Shown: positions 35,741 to 48,786, counted from the whole stretch's first letter. The stretch is DNA of 63,081 bases, filler included, from Salisapilia sapeloensis CBS 127946 (GCA_023334545.1; 9 parts of 9 records of this genome joined end to end with filler, not necessarily neighbours in it), one strand, 5' to 3'. Program-made: numbers and translations. The notes: a model not told the origin generated them from the letters alone.

Positions 35741-37138
35741 ATGCAGAGCGATAGCAGTGTCATAAGAGCTCTATCGCCGAGTCGAGGGAATTGGAGTGGT
35801 ATATCCTCTACATCATGGAGTTCTAGTAATCAGACGCGCAACATGAATCCAACACTAAGCTCCCCAGCATGGAGATCGCCATTGTCGTCGCAACATACTC
35901 GATGGCACTCCACACGCTTCGAACAAATTGGTTTCGCGCGAGAGAAAGAGATGAAGACAACACTTGAGACACCAACTTCGACCGATCGACATTCCAACAT
36001 ACGATCAAGCCTTCAGCATCCATTCGCCATGCTCGGCAGTAATCGTGCATCTACACCATCTCGCCCTGTAGCTGAAAAGGATGAAAGCGCTTCAAAAGCT
36101 TTACCCACGCTTTTCATGCGCTTTATATGGGGAGTCATCGCTAGCTGCTTTATCGTTCACTATTGCGGTCTCTTGCTCCTCTTTACTCCCATATATCGAA
36201 AGAGTGTTCACCCATTTATCGCGAGCTATATGCACTTTGCACTCCCACCAGTTCTTCCTAAAGAGAGTTCCACCACACTTGTCTACGTGCTTGTGATTGG
36301 AGTTGTCCCGACTTCGCTAGCTTCCATCTTATGGTGCATCTTTCGTCGAAATGCTACTCTTCACATACCGTGGAAACTAGACACGATTTGGACGAAGCTC
36401 TACCAAAAGCCTTTGATCAGAGTGCCTTCCTGGGATAGTGAATTAAGAACGTTCGTGTGGCGCGCTAAATATTTCGACATGAGTGTCGCGGACATTGTCT
36501 TGATGACTCTTTTCTTAGCCAGCAATGTCTTTATCTTCATTCAAGTTTTGGAAATCAAAGTGCTAACAGTGTCAGCACCGTCAGCAACGTTCTCGATACG
36601 AAACGTTGGTAAAGCATCGGGTCACGCATGCATCTTTTCGATGGTCTGGATGCTTCTATCCGCCTGCCGACGCAGTTTCTGGCAAGAGTTCTTTCACCAA
36701 TCTACCAGTCATTCCAGTTGCTCCCAGTACCACAACTGGATTGTCATGGTCGTCTTCGTCCTTGCAACCTTACATGTCCTATGCCACCTTTTAGTCATAC
36801 AGCTTGGCCAAGAGTCAGTAAGTAAACTCATGTCGGGCTTTAGCTCCATGCTCCGCAAGCAATCGGTCGAGGATGCCAATCCAGCCATCATAGCTTATGG
36901 TGAACTCGCATTTTGTGCCTTGCTCTTCCTTGCATTCACCATGTATTGCACTCGGTACCAATTTTATCGACGTTGTTGTCTTCTTGGAGTGAAGAAGACG
37001 AGACAGCACGAGTCTCCAGCTATGACTTTATTACGCAGGTTTCTTGCTACTTTCGGTTTATTTCTGCTTTGCGTTCACTACCCACCGACTATCGTCTGGA
37101 TGACACCTCCTCTTGTGCTTTACGTCAACAGCGCGTTC
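35741..37138 (+). CDS. Ferric reductase/NADPH-oxidase-like transmembrane protein (5' part)
   Basis: Multiple TM helices; GHACIFSMVWMLLSACRRSFW and YHNW...LHVLCH heme-His pattern. Cut by the gap. Confidence 0.7.
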
Positions 37139-37238
37139 NNNNNNNNNNNNNNNNNNNNNNNNNNNNNNNNNNNNNNNNNNNNTTAATTAATTAANNNNNN
37201 NNNNNNNNNNNNNNNNNNNNNNNNNNNNNNNNNNNNNN
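37139..37238. other. Artificial contig linker
   Basis: N44-TTAATTAATTAA-N44. Confidence 0.99.
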
Positions 37239-39831
37239 CGAGTGGCTTTTACGTCTACCTACTAAGCTGGAGAGCTGTGTGTGTATTTAGAGAACTATTA
37301 CGACTACCCAGATTGAACGATTGCAGCGCACTTTTATCTTATCGGCATAGTTGAGAAGCTCGGATGATTGGAGCAGGAATTCGGAGCGAAAGTGGGTGCT
37401 TTGATGAGGTATGCCAATCTGATCGCTCGTAGTGGGCATGGAATCCGGTAAAAGTACAGAGAGAATATAATGGGCCTTATAAAGATAGATATTTAATAGT
37501 TATCGATGAACATTTTCCTATTTCTTCATCTCCCACCTGGTAAGCTCCAAGTCAAAGCACGGTCTCTTCTAACCTTAAGTGAATCAGAGTACTCGGCAAC
37601 ATCATTATATTTTCTACCTTTTGAAGTAGCGTGAAATCTTGCGAGGAAGAGAGCTGTAGTAGTTAGATCGAAGTATTGACCTAAAGCCATGGACGCGCTG
37701 AGTGCCGAATCAGCAACATGGGGGATCCACACTTTGTACTTCTAGTCATGATGATCGAATCGGGCAATTTCGCGTTCGTTGAGAATAGCTAATTTTTCCA
37801 GCTTGCCATTGAAAATCTAACGGAGCACATTAATATAGCTTTCCCGCTAAAATAGGAGTACAAAAGCAAGTGATCGTTCGTCTTTGATGCAATCAGGACG
37901 AAACAATCTTCGAAAAGACTTCAAGGCATGCTAGGTGTTCAACATGTGCAAATTGAAAAAGCGCGCGAACGACTTGGTAAGCTCTTCGCTTTATTTGCGC
38001 TCTTCAGCTCTTCGCTATTATTTCGGAACAGGCTCAGTGCAGTTTTGGACGGAATAATTGAGCGATATTTGTAACTCGCACTGTACTCCGTCTCACTGAA
38101 ATGGCGAAGAGCTCACTAGCGCAAATAAATCGAATGCAACTTCAACCTGGGTGACTTCCAATGATATGCTCGACACTCTTCTCTGCTAAAACATGACAAA
38201 GGAATAGACAATATTTGTGGATGGGGAAGGAAAGGTACATGACAATGCAAGAGTAGGAAGAACTGGCAAAGACTTGAGCATTGATTCCAATTACGGTTTT
38301 TGTGTCTTTGTTCGCAATCCCTTGATTGGCTTGCATGATACCCCAGCACCGCTCAACGACAACAGCCTATATTATTACTTTTAAACTCTTGGTTTCAAAG
38401 CATTCATTGCTGGCACAAAAGCGTTAACGAAGAAGAGGGATCAACTATCGCCAAGCATCGCGAATCCGGTCAGATAAGACTATGATCCAATGCCGTGCTA
38501 ATACTCGTTCTTTATAAAACCATTTCGGATTTCCTTCCCGTAGTTACCAGGCGATCACAACCGAAGGAATCGAACAAGTTTACGATGCTCTCGTGCTTAT
38601 AAGTGGTAATGACAAGATTTCCAGCCGTCTGCAAGTGGTGCATCGCAAAGTGTTCGACACCTTCAACAGCTACACTGATAGATTATTTGTTTGGAGTTCG
38701 TTGCGTCAGCTATATTTATATCTAGAGCAATTCCGTTCGAAGTGAAGGCGACTAAAGGACTAATTTAGTTCAGGGCGATCTACTCGGGATAGTAACAAGA
38801 ATTCAGGAGTACTATTTGAAGACTTTGGTCGCTGGATTTAGTGAATAGAAGAGGCAATACCGCATTCCATTTTGAAGTAAATACAATGATATATCAAATC
38901 TCATCGAGGAAACTGCAACGCGGCTGAGTTTGGGATTACTGTCACCTCCGTCTACACCACTGGTAGCTCCTACTGCTTACTCTCTACAAAATATAATGAA
39001 ATATGACTCAATATCGAAGGTGTCGTAGCAGGCGATGCAAGCGTAATGATGATTGACAATAGCATGTCATACAATAGCAAATCATAAGAGTAATAAACAA
39101 GCTTCGCTGCTGCGTGTCGATTCTCGTAAATAGTGTCTTTCTCGTATTAGCTGACCTCCAGACTACTATAACAGGTGTTCATGTCAGTTGCATTTGACAA
39201 TATCTCTCGTTGATCGCCAGAACAGAATATCGCTTCAGCTTTTATTCTATTGCTGATTACGACCTACAACTGCTCATGGTAGCGAATGAGTGGACATTTC
39301 GACCAGGTGAAGTTGCAAGTCTGTTTGCGTGTCTCAAAGCTAAATTTTGCTTGTCGTATATTGCAACACATATACTTTCCAAAGATGCTAAAGAAGGCCC
39401 AGACGGGTGTGATCATCCCATGTGCATATCTGTGTACGTACTGACTCGCTACCATTGCGTCCAAGACTACGATGGGTGATCGAGTATGCTTCCTGTTTAT
39501 CGTCTTCTCACTTTATAATTTATTGCTTCATACGAGGTTACCATGCAGAAGTAGACTATATGGAGGCACACTTCATGACCCGCATACCTGGCCTTCCTAC
39601 TCGAGCGTGTTAAACTAGCTCGTGTGCATTTCTGTTTGAATGATTCTGTCTCAGATATCCGCACTGAGGATACATATCCGATATCGTAATCGTATCTCGG
39701 GCAAATCTTTTAGGATAGTAGATGACAACGAAGATCGAAACTTCTGCCGTTTTTAAATATCTATAAGCTTGTCAATTCTCTATTTGCGTCGAACTGCACA
39801 CTCCAGAGTTTCCAAGTTACTAATTTTAGCC

Positions 39832-41037
39832 ATGCCGAAGTTTATCAATCCGAAAGTCGAAGCCTTAAACAAAGCTTTGGATGACCTCATTGCTGACCCT
39901 CCAGCACCGGATGAGGTCGACCAGGCTCGATGCGTGGAACTTCTTGACAAGATGGACAAGCTGCGACCTCAGATCGAGCCACCAAATCTTACCGCTTTTA
40001 AAATGGCTACAACTTCTCCATTCCTCGGTGCCATCTACGTCGCGATTGGCATGGGCATCTTCGATGCACTCGCGATGGACAACGGAAGCATTAAAACCGC
40101 TGATGAGCTCCATAAGCACACGAAAGGAGATAGAAGCCTGCTCGTTCGTATCATGCGCGTCTTGATTTGCAAAAACTTTGTGAAAGAAGTAGGAAAAGAA
40201 ACCTACCAGCCACTTCCACTGGCTTTGATCTGCACCTCTGGCTCCGCTGCAGAAGCTCGCTTCCTCCACTATGAAGACCTCACTCAAATTGCTGGACACT
40301 TCCGAGAGTTCTTTGAGAAGCATGACTACAAAGATCCAGTAGACGGTTGGGATACGCCAGCACAACTTGGCTGGAGAACTGATGAACATTTCTTTGACTA
40401 CATCGCAAAAATCCCTGAGAAGCAGCAAGCATTTAATAAGGCTATGTCAGCGGCAAGGACCACGCCGAATGAAGAGTGGTATGACCTATTTCCAGTGGAA
40501 GAGAAATTGCAAGCATCACCAGACAGTGTTGTCTTCGTGGATATTGGTGGTGGTGTTGGTGCCGATATGCTTTCGTTCAAGGATAAATATCCAGAGCTAC
40601 CAGGCAAAATGGTGCTTCAAGACTTGAAGGTCGTACTCGACGATATCAAAGAGCCACTACCGGACGATGTAGAGGCACAAGCCGTTGATTTCTTCGAACC
40701 GAACCCGGTTAAAGGAGCCAAGTGCTACTACATGCGCACTGTCCTACATGATTGGCCGGATATGCAGGCAAGGAAAATCTTGCAGAGTGTCCACGAGTCC
40801 ATGAGTGATGATTCGATTTTACTTGTGAACGAATCAATTCTACAAGAGACCAATGTACCGGAAGGCTCGGCGTTGTTGGACATGGTCATGCTCGGGTTTT
40901 ACTCATCCAAAGAGCGAACAGAAGCGGATTGGCGTTCACTGATTGAAAGCGCTGGATTCAAGATCAAGCAGTTGTACGTCACTAGCTCACATGGCGTCTA
41001 CGGCAACACTGGCCTCCTTGAATGTGTCAAAGCGTAA
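39832..41037 (+). CDS. SAM-dependent O-methyltransferase (Methyltransf_2), fungal secondary-metabolism type; intronless
   Basis: FVDIGGGVG, LQDL, DFFEPNPVKGAKCYYMRTVLHDWPD, ERTEADW. ATG at 39832 preferred over TTG at 39769. Confidence 0.92.
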   Translation: MPKFINPKVEALNKALDDLIADPPAPDEVDQARCVELLDKMDKLRPQIEPPNLTAFKMATTSPFLGAIYVAIGMGIFDALAMDNGSIKTADELHKHTKGDRSLLVRIMRVLICKNFVKEVGKETYQPLPLALICTSGSAAEARFLHYEDLTQIAGHFREFFEKHDYKDPVDGWDTPAQLGWRTDEHFFDYIAKIPEKQQAFNKAMSAARTTPNEEWYDLFPVEEKLQASPDSVVFVDIGGGVGADMLSFKDKYPELPGKMVLQDLKVVLDDIKEPLPDDVEAQAVDFFEPNPVKGAKCYYMRTVLHDWPDMQARKILQSVHESMSDDSILLVNESILQETNVPEGSALLDMVMLGFYSSKERTEADWRSLIESAGFKIKQLYVTSSHGVYGNTGLLECVKA

Positions 41038-42425
41038 AAGAGCTTGCTCAGATTTAAAGTAATATCAAATTGGATTTCTTTGTCATTTCTTCCGATTATT
41101 GTTGTGTTTCCATCCTTAGTAGCCTATCTTTTCCAATACATCAATGTGTCCTATGATAACTCAGTCTATGGTACGATAAAGCTAAATACATTAGATAGTG
41201 AAATTCAGCCTAACAAACACAACATACGGGAGTTAAATGATGCTAAACGCAAAAGCTGTACATAACCCTTCTGTGTTTTTATCTCGTATCTAGTAGCGTG
41301 CTGCTGATAATGTGAATCTCTACTATCAAGACCGGTATATGCGAGTGCTGTTCTTAATCTTAATCTTTGTGACACTTACCTAGGAGGTTCCACATGAAAC
41401 GGATATCGTCAGACCTGCTTGACAGCAATCTATTGATTCGACTTGCGGTTACAACAGAGAAGGAAGAGCTTCGAGCTCACCTTTTGCTGTCTTTATGTGG
41501 ACTTGTCAGGAGAATTGATCTACAGTAAAGACACCCGTTTTGAAACATCTACTTTTGTTATCTCTGCGCGAAGATAAGAAAAGCCTTTATGAATAAAATC
41601 AAGTTTCCAGTAGTATCTAGTTTAGGAGAGTACAGTATAAAGTTTCAGACATAAAGGAATGGTGTTCTTCGTGGTCACGACGATTTCAGTCATATAAGGA
41701 ATTTGTTACTCTATTTACCAAAGTGGTGACTTCTCGCAATACTTTCCAGCTAGAGCAGCAAGCTTTAAAGCTTCTACTGTCGGTCAATCTCCGCGGAGCT
41801 AGATCTCTCTTTAAGTAGAAATATGTGTATAAATACAACTAGAAGATACCTCTTTAGGATCCTTGTATGCAAATCTACAGCTGCTGGTGAGTCAAAGATT
41901 CAAAATTATATGTCGAGCCCCTGTGACCATATACAGTGCAAAGACCACTTTGCCTATTGCTTTTCGCTGATACATATACCATCCTATGTCGAACGTATGT
42001 CATAACTATCTGCCGACGCAGAGCACGAACTTCTTTGTGTTTCAGTCTATTCCGTCCAAATCTCATGGCCCAAACAACAGTGAAGATGCCACTTGATCGA
42101 TCCAACATACGTTTAATTCGACTGGCAGTGTAAAGCAAGTAGATTGGATCATGTTTCAACAAACGAGACTACAAATAAAAGTTAGTTTTATCAAGAAAAC
42201 TTTTCGCGCTAAAACAAGCCATTCGATTCGCTTAAATCAATATTTACAACGAATCTGATGGCATCAATAACCTCCATGAAGCAATAGTACCCTCTTTAAA
42301 CCGATGACACCTTATCATCTGCACACCAACAGCCATGCCACGAGACGAGAATCGCCAACGTAAGTCCTTCCTTCCTCTCTCTCCTATTCAATTTCTTATA
42401 CGAAAGCAGCTCATATTCATGATCC

Positions 42426-43715
42426 ATGATGTATGTAGGCTCTAGACTCACTGACGAGGACGAGGATGGCAACGTCGTGGAGTTCACGACGACCAAGGAC
42501 ATCCAAGTCTACCCAAGCTTTGAGAAAATGGGTCTCAAGGAAGACCTTCTTCGAGGCATATACTCCTATGGTACGTATATCCTCCAAATATCTACGTCAC
42601 GACATTCTATCTTGCAGAAATACTTATAAATTATTTATTTTCCTATAGGTTTTGAAAAGCCGTCGGCCATCCAGCAACGAGCTATCAAGCCCGCTATCCA
42701 AGGTCGAGATGTAATCGCACAGTCGCAATCTGGTACCGGCAAGACGGCTGTCTTCTCCATCTCCATCCTCCAAACGCTGGACTCTGCATCCAACGAAACG
42801 CAGGCTCTCGTCATCTCGCCCACGCGTGAACTCGCGGAGCAGACACAGAAGGTCGTTCTCGCGTTGGGAGACTACGTCAACGTCCAATGCCACGCCTGTA
42901 TTGGTGGTAAGAGCGTTGGCGAAGACATTCGTCGCCTAGACCATGGCGTCCAGGTCGTGTCCGGTACGCCTGGTCGTATCTTTGACATGATTCGCCGACG
43001 CAATCTGCGCACGCGCAACATCAAGATGCTCGTGATTGACGAAGCTGACGAGATGCTAAACAAGGGATTCAAGGACCAGATCTATGACATCTATCGCTAT
43101 TTGCCACCTTCGACACAAGTCCTTCTAGTCTCCGCGACTATGCCACAAGATGTGCTGGAGCTCACACGTAAATTTATGAACGACCCTGTGAAAGTACTCG
43201 TGAAACGTGACGAGCTGACTCTCGAAGGCATTCGACAGTACTTTGTCGCGGTTGAGAAGGAAGAATGGAAATTTGATACTCTGTGCGACTTGTACGACAC
43301 GGTTACCATCACACAGGCTGTCATCTTCTGTAACACGAAACGCAAGGTCGAGTGGCTTACGACCAAGATGCGAGAAGCGAACTTTACTGTCTCGAGCATG
43401 CACGGAGATATGCCACAGAAGGAGCGCGATGCGATCATGCAAGAGTTCCGAGCAGGTAGCTCTCGAGTGCTCATTACGACAGACGTATGGGGTCGAGGTC
43501 TTGACGTTCAGCAGGTGTCTCTAGTCATTTGCTACGACCTTCCGAACAATCGAGAGTTGTACTTGCACCGTATCGGTCGATCCGGTCGTTTCGGACGGAA
43601 AGGTGTGGCCGTGAACTTTGTCAAGGACGATGACATTCGCATCCTTCGAGACATTGAGCAGTACTACAGTACACAAATCGATGAGATGCCGATGAACATT
43701 GGAGAGCTCATCTAA
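42426..43715 (+). CDS. EIF4A3: DEAD-box helicase eIF4A-III (exon junction complex); intron 42571-42648
   Basis: [14 protein letters not shown] spliced to [12 protein letters not shown]; [31 protein letters not shown]-terminal DEMPMN. Splicing gives 403 aa. Confidence 0.96.
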
Positions 43716-43794
43716 CGTCAAGAAACACTTTTTTTCATTTTCCAATCTTGTATTCATTTGTACGATTATTCAGATTATTTCATTAGCTATTTTT

Positions 43795-46330
43795 TTAAAT
43801 ATAATCTCGACCCAAGTAGATGCATGATAATTCATTCGCACGTGGCTGTAGATCAAATTGCGTCCAATGCATGTTTGGACACTCAGGTGAAGACGGTGTA
43901 TGTGGCGTTAAACGTACACATAAGACATCATTCGTAAACATATCCACGACACGATCAATGCGAGATGCACGAAGCTTGTTACTACCGAAACTCACAGACG
44001 TCGGGACGACTTCCACTACTCTTTCAGACCCTTCGACCTGGTTTTCAATGAAAATTGACATATTAATGTCACTACTGTGCATCACCACGACGTTGACTTG
44101 GTATCTACCTTGCTGGCGCACTCGGATGACGTTGTTGTCCAACTGGACAAAGGACGTTGCTACCTCTAATTGCACCGGCCATGATACAAGATGGATCGGT
44201 AGCTCTTGCTCGTCTCGACTGAGCACCAAACTCGTCGTCTTCATCCACTCCGATGTTGCGTGTAAACGTCGATTACGTAGTCTAGACGCGACGGAAGACA
44301 CGTCGTCTGGAGTCGGTGTGACGGACGCGGAAGCCTTTGTCTTCCACTTGGATATTTTCATCTTACTGATTAATGCTTCTGTCTCTAGACTCGTGCATTT
44401 TTCCTTCAAATCTTTGTAGTCTCGTTGGAGTTTATTTACTTTTTCTTGATGCGTAGCTCGATTTGATTCAATTTTAGCTTGGTACCCTTCCAATTTCTTT
44501 TGACACTTTTTTAGATTCATCTTCATCTGATCATACATCGTCTGTAGCTCTCTGTTTTCCTGTCGTAACGTCGCATTTGCACCTTGTAGCACTGGAATAA
44601 GTCTATCTGCGACGACAGGACGCATGTGCATTTGAAAGGAGTATGAAAAGAAACTAACGAGAGGAAATTGGAGTTCTAGCAACATACTTCCGTCACTGCT
44701 AGTCGGATGTAAATCCAAGTGACACTCTTTGTGTTTAGAGGATGTATCCGATCGTCCATCAAGCGAGGCATCGAGTTCCTCAAACCCATGCACGAGAGCT
44801 TCCAGGATCTTACCAGAAGGAATGGGACAGTCCACCGTGAGATTATTAAAGTCACGTACGCTGCACTCATACTGCATCTTATCTTCTTTCTCCATCCACA
44901 TCACCGTCTTCCCGTTCGTTACTTTCAATGCAACTCGATACCTTTCCGATGACCGAGATGGGAAGACGATAGATGCTTTGTCCAAATACTCCCCATCAAC
45001 GACACTACTTGTAATCGACTCCTTCTCTATCTTGCTCTTGGTATTCCGCGAGCTTTTCGCTGGCGGAGAAAAGATTCTACCATTAGTGCCTTGTGGAGAT
45101 GAAACGGAAGAGCTATTTGCTGCAGGATGAAGCATCGAGTGCGTCGCTTCTACTGGTTGAGATGCAGATACAGTCGCTTCGACAGACCAATGTGGCTCCG
45201 AGACCGTTTGCTGCGACGATGGGATATTCAGAAAAGAGCTCTGTGGTTCAGAAGTGAACGTATGCGCTGATGTCGTTGGTTTCGATCGCTTTGTCGGAGG
45301 TTTACGAGGTGGTGTCTCACCCACTTTTTCCTCTTCAGTGCATTGGCTAGATGGACGTTGCGTGCCATTGCCTTTGGAGGACGATAACGAGTGGTGGATG
45401 GCTATCACCGGAGGTTTGTTAGATCCTAAACTCTTTCTCGCAGTGATTCGAGCATCTTTCTTGCCTCGTCTTTGCTTCCGACTCGCATCTGTACTTAACT
45501 TTTTCGTTGGTGTATCCATCGGATTAGCGCCGACCACATCGTCGTCATCGTCTATACTAAAACTATTTTCATCTGCACTCTTTGGATCATCAATCGAAGG
45601 TTGTAGTAGCCTCAGCCGCTTCGTTCCTAATTTCTTCGGTTGCTTCCTGGATGATGGTTTCGATCCGTTTATCTTTGATGGCTCCTCGTTCGAGTCATCA
45701 CACAGATCCACGACCGGGATATCGCTTTGATACATGGATGGCCGCTTCCGTAGATTCTTTCGAATCGAAGGAGTATTGGACGTGGTGTCTTTCGTCGGAC
45801 TCTTGTCTGGCACGATGACTCCTGGAGGCGGATCAATCCCACCGGCAAAGACAGCAGCTGGATCATACGGGGGTATTTTTCCAAACAATTTCTCCGCGAC
45901 GGCGTACTTGACTAATCCTTTTTCAGCATAGACATAATCAACGCCTTCGACGCCATCCTTGATGGTTTTCCCAGGTCGTACGTAGTACCAATCGTCATCC
46001 AATTGATTCTGCTGCTTCGGGCTATACCACTTGCGCTTCTTGTATTCATCCCATACGTCCTTAAAGTTATACAGTCCGACTTTTAAGGCACCTATATCCA
46101 GATAAACGCAGATACAGCGAGCGTAAGCAAGCGAGAATGGTGCGAGAAGATGGAATTAGAAAACTTGTTTGAAAAAAATCAATTGAACGAAGGAATAAAA
46201 AGAAGATGTGATCCGTACGTTGCGCAAGTTCCCCACTCGGCTTCGTAAGTCGTCGAATAATATCTATATTGACTTTCTTTTTCCCTTCATACGTCATCTC
46301 GGTGGTAGACAAATCAACGTCTTCACACAT
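43795..46330 (-). CDS. Multidomain hypothetical protein (WYY..PG motif, disordered region, beta-rich head plus coiled coil, C-terminal beta-sandwich)
   Basis: 735-aa ORF extended by a phase-1 intron (46092-46218) to ATG 46330. Coiled coil LRQENRELQ...KCTSLE. Confidence 0.7.
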
Positions 46331-46430
46331 CGTGACTTTCACTCTGCCCCCATGCACTCGTGTTCACAACGTCTTGTTCGAATGCTGGCATGCAAACGAT
46401 TTGCAAACAGTATTGTTCGAAATTCGACCA

Positions 46431-47468
46431 ATGACGAATAGGTTCGGATCTTCAAACGGTAGAAAACGGGAAGGTCGACAGGGGATGCGAGGGACGAAGA
46501 AGAGTCGAAAGGCGAAGGCCACTTCTAAATCTACTTGGAAAGACACATCTAATAATCCACCCAACATGCTCAATTACGCCCCAGACGGATCGGAATCGAC
46601 CTATGAACACTGTCACGAACGTCCTCAGCTCTATCAGCATGATTCTTCTCAGTCGTACCCGACTGCGTATCTATCGACACCAGCGAATGGTATGCAACTA
46701 GTGTACCCACAAGCTCACCAGATGACACCTCCGAATGTACCCATGGCAGCAAATACGACTTCGTACGCTTCCATGCTCCAGCAAATGCCTTTAGATGCTC
46801 GCTCGGAAGAGACTTATAGCACTTCGTCTCCAGCAGCGAAACATCCTTCACCAGCAAACAATATGAAGAGACTGAAAAGGTCGAGAGAAGACTTAAATCA
46901 GCGTGAAAAGGAGCGTATGAGTAAATTGAACAATCGGATCTCGGAGCTTCGAGATGTCTTGGATGATGCTGGTATCCAAACGAAAAAGAATAAGCAGTCC
47001 ATTCTCGATAATGCCTTTTACTACATCGACATGCTGCGTAACAATCTCATCGTAGCGAAGCAAAGGGCTACGACTGCCGAGTTGCAAGTCCAAAAGCTGC
47101 GTGAACAAGGTACTTCTACCTCGGATTCGTCATTAGCTGAAGTATGCTTTGAGCAATCTGTACGGCCAAAGATGGTCGTGGATGTCTCTTGGCATCCAGT
47201 CTTGGTAAATGACGCTTTCTTGGAACATGCTGGCGTGCAAGACAGAAAAGCTTTGGAAGGTTTAAGTGCAGAGCAACTACAAGCTTATATCTCAAATGAC
47301 CCAAGTAGCTTCCAAAAGGCAGTGGAACGAGCGCAGACGACATTCGAGTCCCAAAATGTTCGAGTGACAACGTCGAAAGGACATTTCCTCTTGATCGTAG
47401 GCACCATTCAAGGTGGTTATCTGGAAATGGAATTCGTACCACTGGAAATCCACGCTGCTCTGGGATAA
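46431..47468 (+). CDS. bHLH transcription factor with C-terminal PAS-like segment
   Basis: DLNQREKERMSKLNNRISELRDVL...KKNKQSILDNAFYYIDML is a bHLH. FEQSVRPKMVVD..WHPVLVNDAF is PAS-like. Confidence 0.8.
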   Translation: MTNRFGSSNGRKREGRQGMRGTKKSRKAKATSKSTWKDTSNNPPNMLNYAPDGSESTYEHCHERPQLYQHDSSQSYPTAYLSTPANGMQLVYPQAHQMTPPNVPMAANTTSYASMLQQMPLDARSEETYSTSSPAAKHPSPANNMKRLKRSREDLNQREKERMSKLNNRISELRDVLDDAGIQTKKNKQSILDNAFYYIDMLRNNLIVAKQRATTAELQVQKLREQGTSTSDSSLAEVCFEQSVRPKMVVDVSWHPVLVNDAFLEHAGVQDRKALEGLSAEQLQAYISNDPSSFQKAVERAQTTFESQNVRVTTSKGHFLLIVGTIQGGYLEMEFVPLEIHAALG

Positions 47469-48786
47469 TCAAGAAATGCATTTCGTTGAGTTGATTTGGA
47501 ATCATGTTTGCGTATATCTCAAGAGAAGCATGTTTTATTCTTTATCCTTTGGATGTACACGAGTTTGAATGGATAGTAGCGACTTTGTTCTATGTACTTG
47601 TAATCTTTTGACAGTATAGAGTTGTCTATGGCGTCTTGGATGTTTAACTATCCTCCAGAGCATGTTCAAAATGATTTATACATTCCATTGGGTGAGTGTA
47701 TGAAAAGATGTAGGCTTTGGAGCTCAGCTATGAAGATGCATTGCTATTAGGCTAGGAGACGACTAGACAATGAATTTGAAATGAAGCTGACAGGTTGGTG
47801 TAGTCGACTAGAGGCTGATGAGATTATGAGAGATGAGGTTGGAGGAGCACGGTGATAAGACAGGAGGAGGCAGAGCTTATTCTTATGCTCATCTTTGATG
47901 GTCATCCGAGCTATTTATAAGATGACAGGAAGCAGACTAGGAAGAGGTGGGTACATGTATAGTCGTGTGAAAGTAGCGAAATCTTGTAAAGTAGATACGT
48001 GCTTTGCATTTTTAGTGTAGCGTCAATGGCAAGGGATAGATCTGCTGAGGAGCTTTCAGACTGGACTTGAAGATCTAGTTGTCGTCTTGAATTTCAACAT
48101 GCGTGCATGCAACCAATTATAGATGACAGTACTAAAAGCGTGGTAGTAGCGAATACATCAAGATGCAGTTGAATGGCACGTGCCGACTACCTACCATCGC
48201 TTGTCATGGCATGTGTCGGATTAATCGCGTTATCGTCGCATGTGATTATCGTCTTTAAAAATTGCATGTATATGTGCATAGAGGCTAGCAACCAGAAGGC
48301 AAAACTGATAGAAACCTGGAAAGCAATTGTAATTGAGTGTAGAAACACAAGACAGCGGTGAATGAAACGAGCAATAGCATACGCTCACATGAGAGTACCA
48401 CTTTAAGATCTACACATACCATCCTCGTCCTAAACATTCGCATCCAATGCATGTAAACCACCCTTCTCAAATCGCTTAATCCATCCCCTTATCTTTAAAA
48501 TTAAATACAACATGCTCAACGATCCACATTTCCACTCCATCACTTACCATACCAGCAACATATCTCCAGCACAGAACCCACTCCACATAAGATGATGCAA
48601 ACGAAAGATCAGTATCCTCCCCTACCTCCAGAATGCATGCATCTTGCATCTCCTAAAATAAGTTCATCCTCGAGCCCACGTCCTCTACTCCAATCTTCCT
48701 CTACCGTCCTCTCATTGGCTAAAATCGATTTCGCGGGTTCTCGATCCAACTTGAAAAAAGGCGCCAAACGCCCTTCGAGTCAAGTT

